DNA of 63,996 nt, filler included, from Streblomastix strix (GCA_008636045.1; 4 parts of 4 records of this genome joined end to end with filler, not necessarily neighbours in it), one strand, 5' to 3'. Shown: positions 39,801-55,044, counted from the whole stretch's first letter. The notes: a model not told the origin generated them from the sequence alone. A program made the numbers and translations.

Positions 39801-40997
39801 TATTATTTTAAATTAATTAATATTAATAATTTAGATTGAAATTTGCGTTTAGAAATACGTACACAAAGAAGTTGGATAGAATACTTTAAGATCATGATCT
39901 CCAAATTGAAATGCAAACATAGTTCAAAGAATTTTAATAGAAGAATGGCTTGATCCCCTAGATTGATTTGTAGGTATATATGTTTATATTATACATTATT
40001 TTATGAAAATATTCATTATGATTATTTTATTTAAACCTAATATTCCATTATTATTTACTCAATAAATTATTTATTAATCTTTATTCAAGACTCAAGTTCT
40101 ATAAAAATACCATTATTCAAGATTAAAGAGCAAAGTTTTGAATATACCAGAGAACATTCAACAAGCACTACAGTCTTTTGAACAATTCTACGGAGTATGA
40201 ATAGTAATAATAATAATAATAATCATATATTTTCTAATTTTATTTAAATTTAGGGTTACTCACCAGAAAGAGAGATTTAATGGTTGCCTTATCTTGGTTC
40301 AGTGGAAGTTCAAGTTCAATTCTCATCAAAATTATGCAACATTACAATGCAGCCAACTCAAGCTGTTGTTCTGCTTCAGTTTGCTGATGGAGCTCAGAAG
40401 TCTGTGAAAGATCTTGAATAGATTCTTCAGATGGAAAAAGAAGAAGTTAAGCTGAATGTTGAGTCGTTGATGCAGAACATACCAATTCTGATTAGAGCAG
40501 CTGAAGGAATTGAAGAAGAATAAAAAGAAATATAATAAAAAGAAGAAAAAGAGAATTCTGAACTTGGAGATGATGAACGACTGAAACTTAACAAAGAATT
40601 GAAACTCAGAGTAACAAACTTTAGAGTTCATAAACCAGAGAAACACTCATATCGTTAATTTACTACTCGTATATTTCGCGAAGAGTAAATGGATATACAC
40701 ATTGTTTCAATTATAAAATAGCGAAAGAGAATGAATTATCAGGTACTTTATAAATATATAATGAAATAATTTTTTAGATTAAATAATAAGAAAATAAAAT
40801 AAAAATTCATAAATATAATCAAATTTAATTATATATATAATTAAATAAAATAGGATCTTATAAACCTAGTAATAGATAGAATTACTCTTTTCCGCCCATC
40901 ATCATACGATGTGAAAAAACGAGTTGAAGTTTTGATGACAAAAGATTTTTTGAAGAGGAATGATGGAGATAATACAATAATTGAATACAATCCATGA
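36853..40997 (+). CDS. Divergent cullin, about 20 exons
   Basis: WEKFKIFVKIVCSLFQYLDDNYF; LILDYIDQERSGETIN; ESKRIDNYM; SGFRLLLEHDRFEDLGRMYRL; DNKDIF; REIQWLPYLGSVEV; QAVVLLQF; IVSIIKQRK; VKKRVEVLMTKDFLKR..IEYNP*. Confidence 0.93.
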
Positions 40998-41812
40998 AAC
41001 TGGAAAGATAAATATGAAAGAAAAGGAAGTAAATAATTGTAATGAATATGAATGTAAATAATGATTTAGATTAAAATGATGATAAATGAAAAGAAAAGGA
41101 GAATATGATGAATATAGTATAAATCTTGCAATATTAATCAATTTGTTGGATCACACATTTATTATTGTTGGAAATAAATTTGTGTGAAAATTAAATATTT
41201 TCTTAATATATCTAATTTTATTTATAATTCTCATTTGGATATGCTCTCGATATGTGGTTAATAAGGAAAATGAAATTTTTTTATTACATTTAACATCTGA
41301 TATACTAAATATGGAAGGTAATTTCAAGCAAATAGAAATTCTATTACAATTTTATTAATAACTTAATATAATAACAATATGTTGAATAACAAATATAATT
41401 TGGGAAATATGATTGAGCAACAAAGACTAATTAAAATAATATAAGCTTTGCTTATATTAAAGTAAACAGTTAAAGATAATAAAATAATTTGAAAAATGAT
41501 AATAAATTAATAAGACGAATCTTAATATCTCTATTTTAAATAATCAAATCTATATAATTTAAAAGTGTTATAAAAATAATTAAACTTTAATGATTTTTAA
41601 AATATAAAAGTTAAAAATGCTATTTTGAAATGAAAAATTTAAATAAGAATTTCTGAGATAAAAAAGTTAAATTAGAATTATGAAATAAAAAAAATAAATT
41701 GGTTATTTTGAAATAAAAAAGTTAAATAAGATATTTTACAATTAAAAAAGTTAAAAATGTCATTTTGAAATAAAAAACCTCAGAACTATTAAGGCTATAT
41801 TAGAGTTTTGTT

Positions 41813-44800
41813 TCAATATTCATTTAAGCCTTGCAAATGAGACATGTTTGACTGACCTTCCATTTCTTCTTCCCTTTGCCTCAAATCATTCACTTTCTTC
41901 TTCTGTTTATAATTATAACAGAGAAGAATAACTAACACAATGACTGCAAGGCCAACAGATACAAGTGAAATAACAACAATAGTGATTATTGCGCCTGTAC
42001 CGAGTTTCCCAATGGATAAACTCAATATTTCGCTTATTTGTTACCCATCAGCGAAAATGAGCCAAACTTCCATTATTTTCCATTTCCGAACAATTTAATA
42101 TCGAGTTTGAATTGTGAATTGTGTTTCATTATCCCATTGAAGTGAATTTTCCATCAGTTCGGTTTGACAGTGTATTTCTCTTTCTTTAACTTTTTCTTCT
42201 ATTTCTTATCCATCATCATTTGTTACTTTCATCTTCTCACATATTTTATACTTCACTACTCCACATCTCACTAAATGGTTTCCTATTAAAGTAATATCTA
42301 ATCCTAATTTATCTTAACTCATAATTCCACTGACTTTATCAATATGAGGAACAAATAGAGAATCTTTTACTTATTCAATTTCTCCAGCTAATTCGCATTT
42401 CATATCATCCATATCCATATTTGTATGTATGTGGTCAATTACTTCAGATATTTACATTTCATCTGTCTTCAATATCCAGAGTGAATCTTCTTATAATCTA
42501 TTCTCAGTGAAACTTTCAATTGGTGAAGTGATTTTACTTCCATATCCGCATGCTATATTTCTTCTATAAAGTGTAGGTTTAATAATTATAGTTTCAACAT
42601 CATCATCATTTCTATGAATTTCTTATAACAAAGCACTATCAATGTTATTAAGGAATTGCACATCAGTATCAACAATTGTGAGAGTAGCACCAAGAAGTGA
42701 AATTGCACCTTTATTTAAATTATTGAGTTATGTTCCTTTAGAAAGAATGAGACTTCCTGTATTCTGTCTGATGTATGCAGTATTCCATCCGCATGTTGGA
42801 ATAAGATGTTCATCAGGCTGTTATTGTTCATCTTCATTTCTTTTTATTGTTTTATTTATTTTGTTTTTCATCATATTGGTTTATTAAATATTCATATCAA
42901 ATAAACAAGATTCAAGAGTTACTTTCATTCCAATTGCATCAATTGCTGATCCACTATTCTCTGCTTCATCAATTCTATTCATTCCAATTATTTAACAATC
43001 TTTGAGGGTGATATTACAATCATCAGGTTAAGCTCCTTCTTTACTATGAACTCCTATTTCATATTTTGTTCTAATTGCAGCAGAGTTGATAAAATTTGTT
43101 GGTAAGAATTGGCATGATTTTAAAATGGTTTATCCACCAAGACAAAGAAGATAAGATGAGATCTATTCAGTTGTTGGTAAAGTTGCCATTCCAACTAATT
43201 ATTCTTCAATTGGCCTAAAAATGAGTTAAATTCCATTGAATATGGCTTCATCTTTGACTTGAATTACTGATTTTATGGTCTTCTCATAGAAATGGAGAAT
43301 AACAATTGATTTCATAGAAATTTCTCCTGTTTATTCAACAGATATAAGAGGAGATGAATAAGGATCAATAAAAGCTCCATTTTCTATAAAAAGAAGGAAA
43401 TTTGGTGAAGTGGGAGTTTGTTATGCTATGAATATTACTTCTTCTTATACATCATCATCTTTGAAAATGGATAATTTGTTGTCTGTTTTATAAGAAACAA
43501 ATAAAATTAATTTGTTAATGAATAAAATAAAATATTCGAATTTCATTCTATAATATTAATTTTAAAAAATCTTTTAAATATATTTTTTCATACATCTAAC
43601 ATTCAATGTTGTTTCTTCAACTGCAATTCCTGTTTTAAATTAAATATTATATCCTGGATCATATTTAATTATCATTGCAACAAAATTATGCAATTCTCCT
43701 TTGATCAATGTTAAAGTGGTTTATATGATCTTATTTCTCTCTAAAGAGGTGGATAAATAATCATTGAAACCTTCAATTGAAAATATTGAAGAATACATTT
43801 TTGATTTGGTGAGTGGTTCGAATGTAAATGAAGCAAAATTTTAATTATTTACTTTTCCATATGTACAGTTTTTGAAAGTGATTAATTTTCTTGTTAATAA
43901 GTTTTCTTCAATTAATATATCATTTGATATTGTACCAACACTATCCATAAATACACAATTCTCTACAACTACATTTCCAGTACTTATATTACAATCTGAG
44001 TCAATTGTATAATCTAATTCTGTTGGAAAATCTGCATATTACACAATAATTGCTCCTGATTCCACTTATTATGTCGAATCCCAATTTTTTAATTATTAAT
44101 TCCATATTAATCCGTTTGAATTCCAGATGCAGTGTTTGAATACTATTTGACCAATCTATCCATAATCAGGATTAAAATATGATCTACTCAACTGAATAAG
44201 GATATTTGTGCATCTTTCAAATGTGCATAAATCGAATGATACTTTCATACTAGGTGTTGCAATTATACTGATAAAAGGATTAAATGTGTTTGTTGAACTT
44301 ACATTCCTGAATGTCACATTATATAATTCAAACAGAATAAATAGTGGATTAGATCCAGGTTATGATCCAGATTTAAACTCACATTCATTATAAACATTTT
44401 TTTATATCAAATTGAAATCGAAATCTCTAGTATTTGAATCAAAAGTGATTGCTGGCTCATCTGTCATTTGCGAATTTTCAATTAAAGTATCAAAGATACC
44501 CCCTGAAGTGAATAATCCACTATTTATATAAAAAGATTCAATTGGTCAAAGAAAATTAATTAAATAATAAGTAAAATGAGTAATAATTATTTTATTTCAA
44601 TTTTTCATACGAAAATATTCCAGCGTTAAATATGTCATTGGGTTTTGCATCTTTGTCATTAATAAGAACGCATCTCTTCACAATAATCTATTCATAATAT
44701 AAAATTGTAAAAAGAATAAATTGATGATATATTAACTAATTAATTATATTTAATAGAATAAAATTAAGCAATCAAACATTGGAACCAGAATCGCAATCAA

Positions 44801-47800
44801 TTAAAGTTGCTGTATAACTAGTTTCAGCTTTTCTAAATAGCATAAAGTCTTATATAACAACGTTGGAATCTAATCATGCAAAAATAAACGAATGATACAA
44901 ATAATAATTATTAAAATATAATAAAATTAATTAAATATAAATAATATGTATACTTTTTTGAGCCCAAACTACTGTATTTTCTTTCTACTTTAAATTGCAT
45001 ATAGAAGTTGAGTGATGACCTAATTTTTAATAAATAAATAAATTTTGATTTCTTGATAAATATTATTTATAAAAAGACAAAATATAACCTTATCCAGTTA
45101 ACGTGAGCACAACCTTATTTTATAAATAATAATAATAATAATAAAAATTGAAATATAAACTGGAAGTTTTTGTTTATTATGTTCATATTTCATTCTAATA
45201 AATTTTTAATTTGCAAACATCTCTGATTACAAGCATTGGTTCATCAAATTATCCTTTCATTACAATAATCTCTTTATATCCATCTAAATAAACGAATATA
45301 GGTAAAATTTTTATAAATTAATAAAAATAGAAATTAATGTGATAAATTGCTATAAGATAAATAATTTACTAAATAGCATTTATACCCGATCTGTTAAGAA
45401 AAGCCAGTGCATGAGATATTAACATAAGAGGAGAATGCTTCTCACCAGCTGATATAATAAATAATTGAAAAATTGGAGTTAAATGTTATGTAAAATAAAT
45501 AAATAATATTAAAAACTGAACCATTTTAATTTCAAAATTTTTTTTAATAATAATTTAATCAACAAACTGTTCATATGATGTCCACTAAGTGCAACATAAA
45601 TAATAAATTGAGTTTGAACTACGTTGTAAAGAATTAATCTTTAAATAAAGATGAAGGATTTTATTAAAAATAAAAATAAGAAAAAAATGATTTAAAGATT
45701 TATAACTAATAATAAATGAAATAAGAAATAATCATTGATTTAATAATAAATTTATAATCTTTTATACTAATCAAGTTTTTCAGTTCCTACTTTGTTTCCA
45801 AGATAGTTAACTAATGGACTGTAATTGTATGATGAGCATTGTGTGAAGAATGAAGATTGGATTTTAGATGATTAATTAGAAGATGATGTTTCATTATATA
45901 ATATTGATGAAGCATCTATATAAATATAAATAAATAGAAATAAAAATAAATAAAAGTGAAATATTAATTATTAAAATTGTTCTTATTTTGTTTTATTTTT
46001 TAATCATTAATTCAATTAATAGCTCATACCAATAATATAGAAATAAATATCATTACCACGGGGTTCATCTTCATAATAATATATCGACCCTGCAATGTTA
46101 CTCTCAAATTCACAGCGAATGAAGTGAATTCTTTCTTCAGACAGAAGAGAACGTGTTCCTGTTACAGTTACAGCACCACTACAATCACCGATATTGGAAT
46201 CAAAACTATGAATGAATAATAAATAGATAATAATTTATGAAAATTTATTGTGAAATTAGTCAACTTTCAAAATAATTACGTAAATAGAATTGCATGCCTG
46301 CAATCTCTGATATTCAATACTCTCGAATTGTTCAACTACTGCCATCCGCCTTCAGATCCTAATTGTTCAGAAAATGAACTTTCGCACAATTTAATCAATA
46401 AAGCTCCTCCAAAAGGCTTCTTTCCTTCATACAATGGAGAAACAACAGAATTGTATCTAAAATAGCAATCATCCAACGATATTGTTCCTCCTGTATAATA
46501 TTACAGATGCAAAACTCCAGAATTTGATTAATATATTTAGCAACTGGTTATATTGACATTCTAAAGTTAAACATTGGATCTCTCAGAAACTGCAATGTAT
46601 ATTACAGGTCGATATCTTTCTGATATTTCTTCTACATATATGTATCTCATTGTTAAGTTTCCTCCTTTATCAAGAGAGAGAAATTCTTATTCCAAATAAT
46701 TTGTAGGAATAACAGTTTTAAATGCACAATATTCTATCGTAATTGAAGCTTAACTTCCATGAATCTCTATCATACTAAGTGAAGATGGCATGCCATCACT
46801 ATTATCAATTCTAAAAGTAATAAGTTGAAGTGTAAGAACGCCATCAAAGACTTAGAATAGACTCTGTAATGTGTCTTAGTTAGTCCATATCTCAGAAAGC
46901 CCTAGTCGAGTTGATGTTTAATTAGCCAACACTGGTTCAGTCAATCCTTCAGCTGTTCCAGAGATTGACAGAATATTCCCACCAATGAACAGTTGCGCTT
47001 CAATGAATACACCAGGGTAGTTGAAAATCTGCGCTGCACGATACTATGATGCTTTTGTGTGGTATATCGCATATTAATTTGTCAGATATGGGTTTTTGCT
47101 TTGTCCAGATGTACCTGATTCATAATTTATACCTTGAATACTGACATATGATGTTTCTGCTGTTTGTCTGGTATATAGAGCAAAGTCAAGTGTACCTTTC
47201 AGATACTAATTATGGACGCTGCCAATCTTTGGTACAGAAGAAGATGAATTAGTTTAGCTGAAGACTTATATAATTTCTTATTTAGAATATTCGTGATCGA
47301 GTATTATATCATGACCGATTTTCCTTTTAAGTGACGAATTTAGTATTTTTTGATCCATAATTGCTGTATTACTATAGAAATTACACTATTTTATTGCTAA
47401 TATTTATTCTGTTAAATTTAATTCACTTTCTGATTTAGTCCATTTCTTACTCATTTAGTGTATGTTAATAGAACTTGTTCTCCATCCTTGATTCTGTGTG
47501 AAGTTACATTGTATAAACGTCAATTATTAAACATTCATGAAAACAAAAGCTCCACATCCAAATTCATCTTCATTCTAATACAAAATTTCATCAGCTGTTG
47601 GAGAATCAACAAAAGATGTGTATTATTATGAAATACTTGAGTTGGTAATTGTAAAAGATTCAAATTTATCTTCACAGAGGATGCATGAAATGTGAGAAGT
47701 AGAATTGTAATAATTGATAAATGTTGCTTTTTCGAATACACTGTCTGCAATAATTATATCTCCAGCAGTAGCATATATTGTATTGGTTGATTATTTTAGC

Positions 47801-48488
47801 AGATATTCTCTTTGTTTGAAATTGGCATTTAATAATTCAATTGTTCCATCACCACGTAATACCAACATTCCACCATATGATCCAGGTGATGAAGATTATC
47901 TAAGTTCAATATTTTTGATGTTTAATCTTCCTCCAACAATACAAGCTAACCATATTCTAGTTGAGATTCTATTCATCAAAATTGTTTCATTAATACCAGC
48001 ACCTTCAAAACTGATTGATCGGGCTCAAATATTTAATCCATCATCTTCCCAAGTTCCTTATCCAATTTATAGAGTGAGTATTTATTATCCACCTTAAGTC
48101 TTCTAATTAATGGCTTATGATAATGAACGGAAAGGATCACTTACTGTACCAGTTCCAGAATCTAAACCAGAAGAATTTACATAGACTGTTGCATTTGGAT
48201 CGCTTCCAGAACATCCGCCAAATGAATAAGATTTGGTTTCATCCCAATATGAAGGTGTCCATTGATCACCATATGTTATAGAAGTACTATCTATATTACA
48301 TTCAACAAATCCAACAATAAACAGATTACCCAGAAACTTAACTTCACTCTTTCCTGTATTATCAGTGAATTAACAGCGAGTAAATGTGCATACAGGAGAT
48401 TTGAGAAATGATTGAATTTTCTAATTCAGGAAGTTTGAAGAGTATGAACTTGAAATGACTATTGTAGAACCGCTTGGAATGTTAGGTT
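41813..48488 (-). CDS. Large type I membrane beta-helix (pectin-lyase-fold) surface protein, 5' truncated
   Basis: Repeated YV...G.D..G....P...I..A modules and GGAL / C.F..N motifs; C-terminal TM (IITIVVISLVSVGLAVIVLVILLC) with a basic cytoplasmic tail; many introns including a 25-nt micro-exon at 45089-45113. Confidence 0.82.
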
Positions 48489-48588
48489 NNNNNNNNNNNN
48501 NNNNNNNNNNNNNNNNNNNNNNNNNNNNNNNNTTAATTAATTAANNNNNNNNNNNNNNNNNNNNNNNNNNNNNNNNNNNNNNNNNNNN
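48489..48588. other. Artificial contig linker
   Basis: Same spacer. Confidence 0.98.
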
Positions 48589-48705
48589 CAGATTCATTAT
48601 CATCATCTGCTATATCATCATCTGCTATATCATCAGCAGCTGCTCTTGGATTACCTTTCCTTGCATCCCCATAAGATGATTAATCTTTCAGGCTTCTATT
48701 TGAAC
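48589..48705. repeat. 117-bp inverted copy of 49323-49439 at the contig start (probable amplification chimera)
   Basis: Exact reverse complement; junction atttgaac-tt-gttcaaat. Confidence 0.9.
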
Positions 48706-51700
48706 TTGTTCAAATGAATCTTATTGTTTGATTGACTACAAAATATTTGATTCAATCTTAGGAATTGGGGCTAGAAGAGGTTCATCAATTTTTTTCTCTT
48801 TTATTTAATCTTTAAATCTATTATTCTCTTTTAATGGGTCTTTTTCTTTCTCTTTTTAATTAATATTTTATTTATTTTTACTCAAATTAATTCCAATATT
48901 CTCATCACCTCCATGTCTTGTCTAATGATTTGGTCTAATTGCAGCTGATGTTGTTGATTTGAGCATTTGATGTAGACCATTTAGGAATGATGGTAATATT
49001 GGTCCATTTTATTAATATTATTAAGATGACGAATAAGAATTCGGAGATTAAAATTTAAATGTAATTGAATTATCTTTATCATTTAATGATGAGAATTCAG
49101 TCTTTGAATTTTGAAGTTGGCTCAATGATGGATTTGGTGATGGAGAATGTGCAACAATTGGAGAAGGAGAAATGATTTCAGATCTTAATGAACTTCCTCC
49201 AAGTTATGCAATACCAAGTTACCTACTGAAGTTTTGAATGATATTTGCATTTGGAATCTGTTAACGAGGATTTATAGAGGATTATTGCAATCCTTTAGAA
49301 GCTGGAGATTAAAGAAGAAGTGGTTCAAATAGAAGCCTGAAAGATTAATCATCTTATGGGGATGCAAGGAAAGGTAATCCAAGAGCAGCTGCTGATGATA
49401 TAGCAGATGATGATATAGCAGATGATGATAATGAATCTGACGTTTATAAATGATCTTAATTTACACCAATAGAAGGAGATTGTATTTTAAGAGGGCGAGG
49501 AGGTGTCATACTTAATTAAATACCTTAGAGAGCTTAATAGAACAATTGGGTCGTAGCTGTTAATGAGAATGGTGTCCTAGGTGTAATAATATCTCTATCA
49601 TATTTAACTTCAATTACATTCGGTGATTTCTAATGAATTCTCAAGTGAGGTACATTTGGAGTTGGAGGAAATGGTGTCTAAGCTTCAGAAAGAGATGATG
49701 TGTTTATTATCGAGTTATTTTAATCTTGAAGTAGCGTATTAAATGAAAGTAAAGATTATTATCCTTAATTAATTGATGAGCTACTTCCTATACTCATTAT
49801 TCCATTATTCTTCTATTATGATCCACTTAACTAAGAAGGTTGGTCATGTGGTGTCAATGTGAGAAGAGTAAACAAATGTTAATTACCAGATTTATCATTC
49901 CTTCTTAATGGAGTGTGAAGTTATAATTAATAAGGAGAGAATTATGGAGATTACTACAATTATAAGATTGGAGCTGATGGAGTCTTTATTTTCTCATTAT
50001 GATATAAATTATCTGGTGAAACAATCTCCGTGAAATGGGCAAGACGAGTAAAAAGGGCAGAATTTAGAATCTTTTATTCATTTAGATCTTCTTAGGCTGA
50101 CTATGCACTTATTGGTGTCTAAAATGGAACTTATTACAATTCAAGAATAATTTGATCCTTTGATTGTATTTTCTTCAACTCTTTGTTCCCTTCTTTAATA
50201 TTTCCTTCTTTGATCTTCTTAACTTATTTCTCCTTTGAATGTCCTCTAGTAACCCTTCTATTATTATATCCTATCTAATTATTATTCAATCTATCCCATT
50301 CTTCCTTATCTTTTGTATATCTCTCACCAGTCCTAATCAGTACAAGCATAGATACCAATCTCCTGAGTGCAGATAGAGAAGCAGATACTGTATGTGTGAG
50401 TACAAGAATAACATTGGCTAGTGGACTTGGTGTTGATGAGATAATATTATCCCATATTATTGCTGCTTTTGAATATAATTTAGTTATTTCTTACTCATAT
50501 ATTCCTGATTTCTATTCTGGATCGAGTTATTCCTTATTATTAATTGTATTCACTCGCCCTCTCATAAATTCTTCCAACAATGTCCATTTTCTCATAAAAT
50601 CAAACCCTCCTTATATATTTTTATAATATCTTGCAAAATGGCCTAATCTTGGATCATTGTTTAGTTGATGAGATATTTATATTAATGTCTATAAAGGAGG
50701 AATTATTGAGAATGGAAAGAATATATTAATATAATAAGGAGGAAATGGAGAAGGTCTTTATGAGTCTTGTATATGACTTTGAATATTATGAGTAAGTTGA
50801 GTAACATTTGATGAATCATTTCTAATTGTTTCAGTGATTTTATTTTCTTTCTCCAATTTCAATTAAGAATTATCATTATTATTCTCAGATGTAACTTTCT
50901 GTTCATCATTTTTAATTTCCTTCTTTTCTTCAATTTCAACTTAATTCTATTCATTTTTAATTTCATTCTAAACATTTAATTCCTTATTGGTATTAAAATA
51001 CTTCAATTTGTTCTTCTAATTTATCTTCTCTTAATCTCTTGTATTTACTACAGCATAACTCTTTCCAACTTTAATCAACACAATTACATTCTCAGGAATT
51101 TGAGTATTTGATACCCATTCATAATCATCTATAAATCTCACTTCCTATTTTTGATCTTCTTTCTTCTTTTTTTTATTTTTCTATTAATTCATATATTGTA
51201 TCTCATGACTATTTCTCAATTTGTTAAGAACTATTGGAAGACTTGATTCATTAATGTGTCTGTATGGAGAAGGATGGAATGCTCCTTATACTCCAACTGC
51301 AAGTGCAGCAAAGGCAGAATCTCTTAAAGGAAGAGCTGATGCAGGAGTCATCACAGTCTTCTGGAGAATTTCACTTATTATATTTTCATATTTGATGTTG
51401 TTGGTGTTTGTGAATGTCTTGTATACATCTGTTGATGATTCTGCATATATGTGATTGTAGTATACTGTTGCCCTTGCAAGACAATCAGATAGTATATATA
51501 TAAGACCATTCTTTGATATTCTTTATTATCCATCTTCACCATCTTTATCATTATTATCATTACTATTATTATTATTATTCAATATATTAGTCTTCTCATT
51601 AAGTGATGCTATCAATGCTGCTGATACTACAGATGAAAATTTTTGTGCATTGTTTTGAATGTATTGCTAACTATTGTTTACTTCCTATTCATTTCTCAGT

Positions 51701-54333
51701 TCTTATTCACTTTATTCATCATCAATATTTGATTATTATTCTTTTTTGTTGATCAAACTTTTACTATCTTCTTTTTTTTCTTATATTGGAATATCTTTCT
51801 CATTTTCATCTCTTATAGTAATAATTGTATCATCTACTTATTTAGCTTTTCTCAACCTCTTTAAATTCCTTCTTCTTCTTTTAGATTCCAATCTTTGGTA
51901 ATGAGCTTGTTCAAAAACAGCTCTTTGAGCATTTCTACGAATTGCATTGCTTGTGTCTTCATTAACATATTGTATGGCAAATAGAATTAGAAGTAATATA
52001 TGTGCAATTGTGCTATGTTCCAATTCACTAACATCAGTTTCATTTAGAGTGAATGCATGACGAATTACATATATCATTCCAGCGAGAACACTTTCCCAAC
52101 GAATGTGCCTATTAAATACTGAATAAATTATTAATTCAGATGGAGTTAAAGGAATTGTGTCATTATCTTTCACATTCAATTCTTAATTAGTAATGTTATT
52201 AATTTTATTTCTCTTATTAGTTGAATCATCTGTTGCATTTTGATCTGTTTCTGAGTTAATACGAAGTTTTGGTACTTCAATCTCAAGTAATGAATGAACA
52301 CTTAAAACACCAACACTGATTTCAGCCCAATCTTATTCCTCAACTTTATTCCTCCACCACTCAGTTTATTCAAGAGCCATTAATATTGATACTGGATGAT
52401 CATGATACTCAGAAACATTTCTTATTCCTTCATTCAAATTGGGAGGTGCATTCACAGGTACTTTATTTATAGATACATTATCTGTATTTTGAGGAGATTC
52501 TAATGTTGGCTAATCTGAATTATTTTATGCATTTTACTCAGCTTATGACTAAGATTATCTGTCCAATAGATTCTTCTATGCTTCAACATGAGCATGGAGA
52601 ACATAGAGAGGAGACATGGCATGCAAGAAGCCAAAAGCTATTTCACAATATACAGAAAGATCAGCTATATTCTTAGGGAATAATTACTATATCTATATTA
52701 AGGATCTTTCTTATTAATCTCCTCCAATTAACTTTGGAATTTAACTCAATATTTCGCTTCTCTTCTGGGAAAGGGGTTCAATGAATGCTGCTGGTCTAAT
52801 TGATAATACAGAATCAAGTGCTTCTAAAAGCTCATTCAACTTCCCTTAATATTATTTGTTATCTGAATTATTGTTTATTGAATCTTTATTTGGATTGTCT
52901 TAATTCTTCTATCGAGTGATTTCATACAAATCAAGAAAAGACAAGTTTTCAATTGATATATCCTGTAACATTGGCTCAAATTATGACTTTTCTAAACTAT
53001 TTGCATACATAATTTCAGGTGGAAGTTGTTAATTCTAATTCTGAATAGTATTCTGGAGTTGAACTTAGTTTTCAGACGAGGCATTTTGAGTAACTGCTTC
53101 AAAATCTTCTTATTTGTTATTACTATTAGAAGAATTAATCTATTAAAGAAGTTGCTCCTATTATAATTACTACTAAGGTATGATTCCACGCACAATTTAA
53201 TCTTCAGTTGGTCTCATAAACCCAACAATGTCCTACCAACTCATTCTTCCTTATAGACTTGTTCCCTTCTGTGCAAATACTCCCAAAGTTATTCTAAGAA
53301 GGCCCATATGGCATGCAAGAAGTGAAAGCGCACATTTATCTTCCTTTTCCAAGGCTTATACTGCAATATCATGTGTGGAAATAGCTAGAGCTCTTATAAT
53401 CTCAAGTATGTGATCTTTCTCATCAAAACATTAATATGAAATGTTCGATTTATCTTATAAGGCACAAAGACATAATATGAGTGCATTCAATATCTATAGT
53501 GGCATTCCACGTTCATCAATCTGGATATTATGAGTGTTATTATTCTTTGATTGACTTTAAGGAGTTCGGATGTTGTGTCTATAAAGTGATTCTAATGACA
53601 GTTTCCAGAAAAGTTTAGTTATGAATATTTCAAAGCATAATTTATCACCATCTTCTTTATTATTCAATTCACTGGATGGAAGAGTAAGAGAAAGAGCAAA
53701 TAGCACACACAGTATGGATATCTTAGCCGGCGGGAGTGATATAATATCACAGGATTCATCAGAAATACGATTAAGTGAGCTAATTGAGTAGTCATGTGGT
53801 TAATCTTCATTCTGCTCTTCTTAATTCAGTAATAGTCGTGTGATGGCATACCAGACAATCTTCTCGCGGTACTCAGCAAAGTATCCTATAACCGAAGAGA
53901 GCTTATTTAAAAACTGTAAATATTCACCTTATGCATATATTAAGTCAGCTTCTTTCGTATCGATTAATTTGATAAAGTCCTAGAAAATGTAAATTAATTT
54001 AATGTATAATATAATATAATATAAAATAATTTGATGTAATAAATTCGAGTATTCAACACATACATTAAGTAGCGTTTGCTTGTCAATAACAATTATTTAT
54101 GTCTCAACTTTTGGTACATTGACAATTTGTACTGTTTGTGCTTCGGATACTGGAGGAACAAGGAGTGAAGTGATTTCTTCTCCAGCTGCCTTTTCGGGTT
54201 CTTTTTCGGCTTTAACGACTGCTGTTGCTGCTTCATTTGTATCTGTGACCGATTCCATTCCAGTCTGAACGTTTTCTGGTTGCAAAGACATCTAAAGTGC
54301 AAGCAGCAGTTCTTCGTCAGTTTCTTCCGCCAT
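48706..54333 (-). CDS. Very large hypothetical protein (>1800 aa) with an N-terminal ubiquitin-interacting motif, 3' truncated
   Basis: MAEETDEELLLALQMSLQ fits the UIM consensus; one intron at ~53980-54064, then a long exon of helical blocks and low-complexity linkers. Confidence 0.75.
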
Positions 54334-55044
54334 AGTGATCTAATAATGGTTAGTATGTATAAAATTAGTTTATAAAATAATAATTAATATTGAAATCATA
54401 TAGATAACACAGAATAACACTATGACAACTGATATAAAATTACATCAAATTAAAGAATAAATATTACGTTTTTCGGTTTAAATCACATGAATTATTGTTT
54501 ATTTTAATGTGTAAATAGTTTATATTGGTATTAATTACCACATATATTTTTATCTGCTTAAGTGTCGCAACCTACTGTGTGAGCAGCACCCACAAAAAAG
54601 AAATTCTCTTATTCATATTTACTTTTATCTGGTAAATTAAATAATGAATAAACATAAAAATCAACTATATAATATTTAAATTATATAGTTAATATATGTT
54701 AAATAGTATAAAAATGAGTGGATTAAATCGTTAAAAACCCGTTATTTCGATTTTGTTGCTTTACACCAACACAAAATAGCTTTAAGTATGAAAAATAAAC
54801 ATATTTAATCAAATTATAAATTATTTATTAATATAATTGCAATTATATTAACTATGCGCCCGGATATACACACCATCTTTAAATATCTTATTTTTAATTA
54901 TAATTTGTGTAAATTTTAGTAATTTCTAGTTAGCATTTTCAGAAATTGTGCTTCAAAAATTAATCCGATGAATTATTCTAAAAAAGAGCTTATTTCTTAT
55001 TATTTAATTATAAATTATGTTTTTTATTTTTCTCTCGTAGAAAG

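Noticed and set aside
16108..48588. TTAATTAATTAA palindromes inside N runs at ~16 kb spacing, and the ORF 32160-32363 that crosses one
   Set aside because: Artificial linkers between similar-sized contigs; neither the periodicity nor gene adjacency across them is biological.
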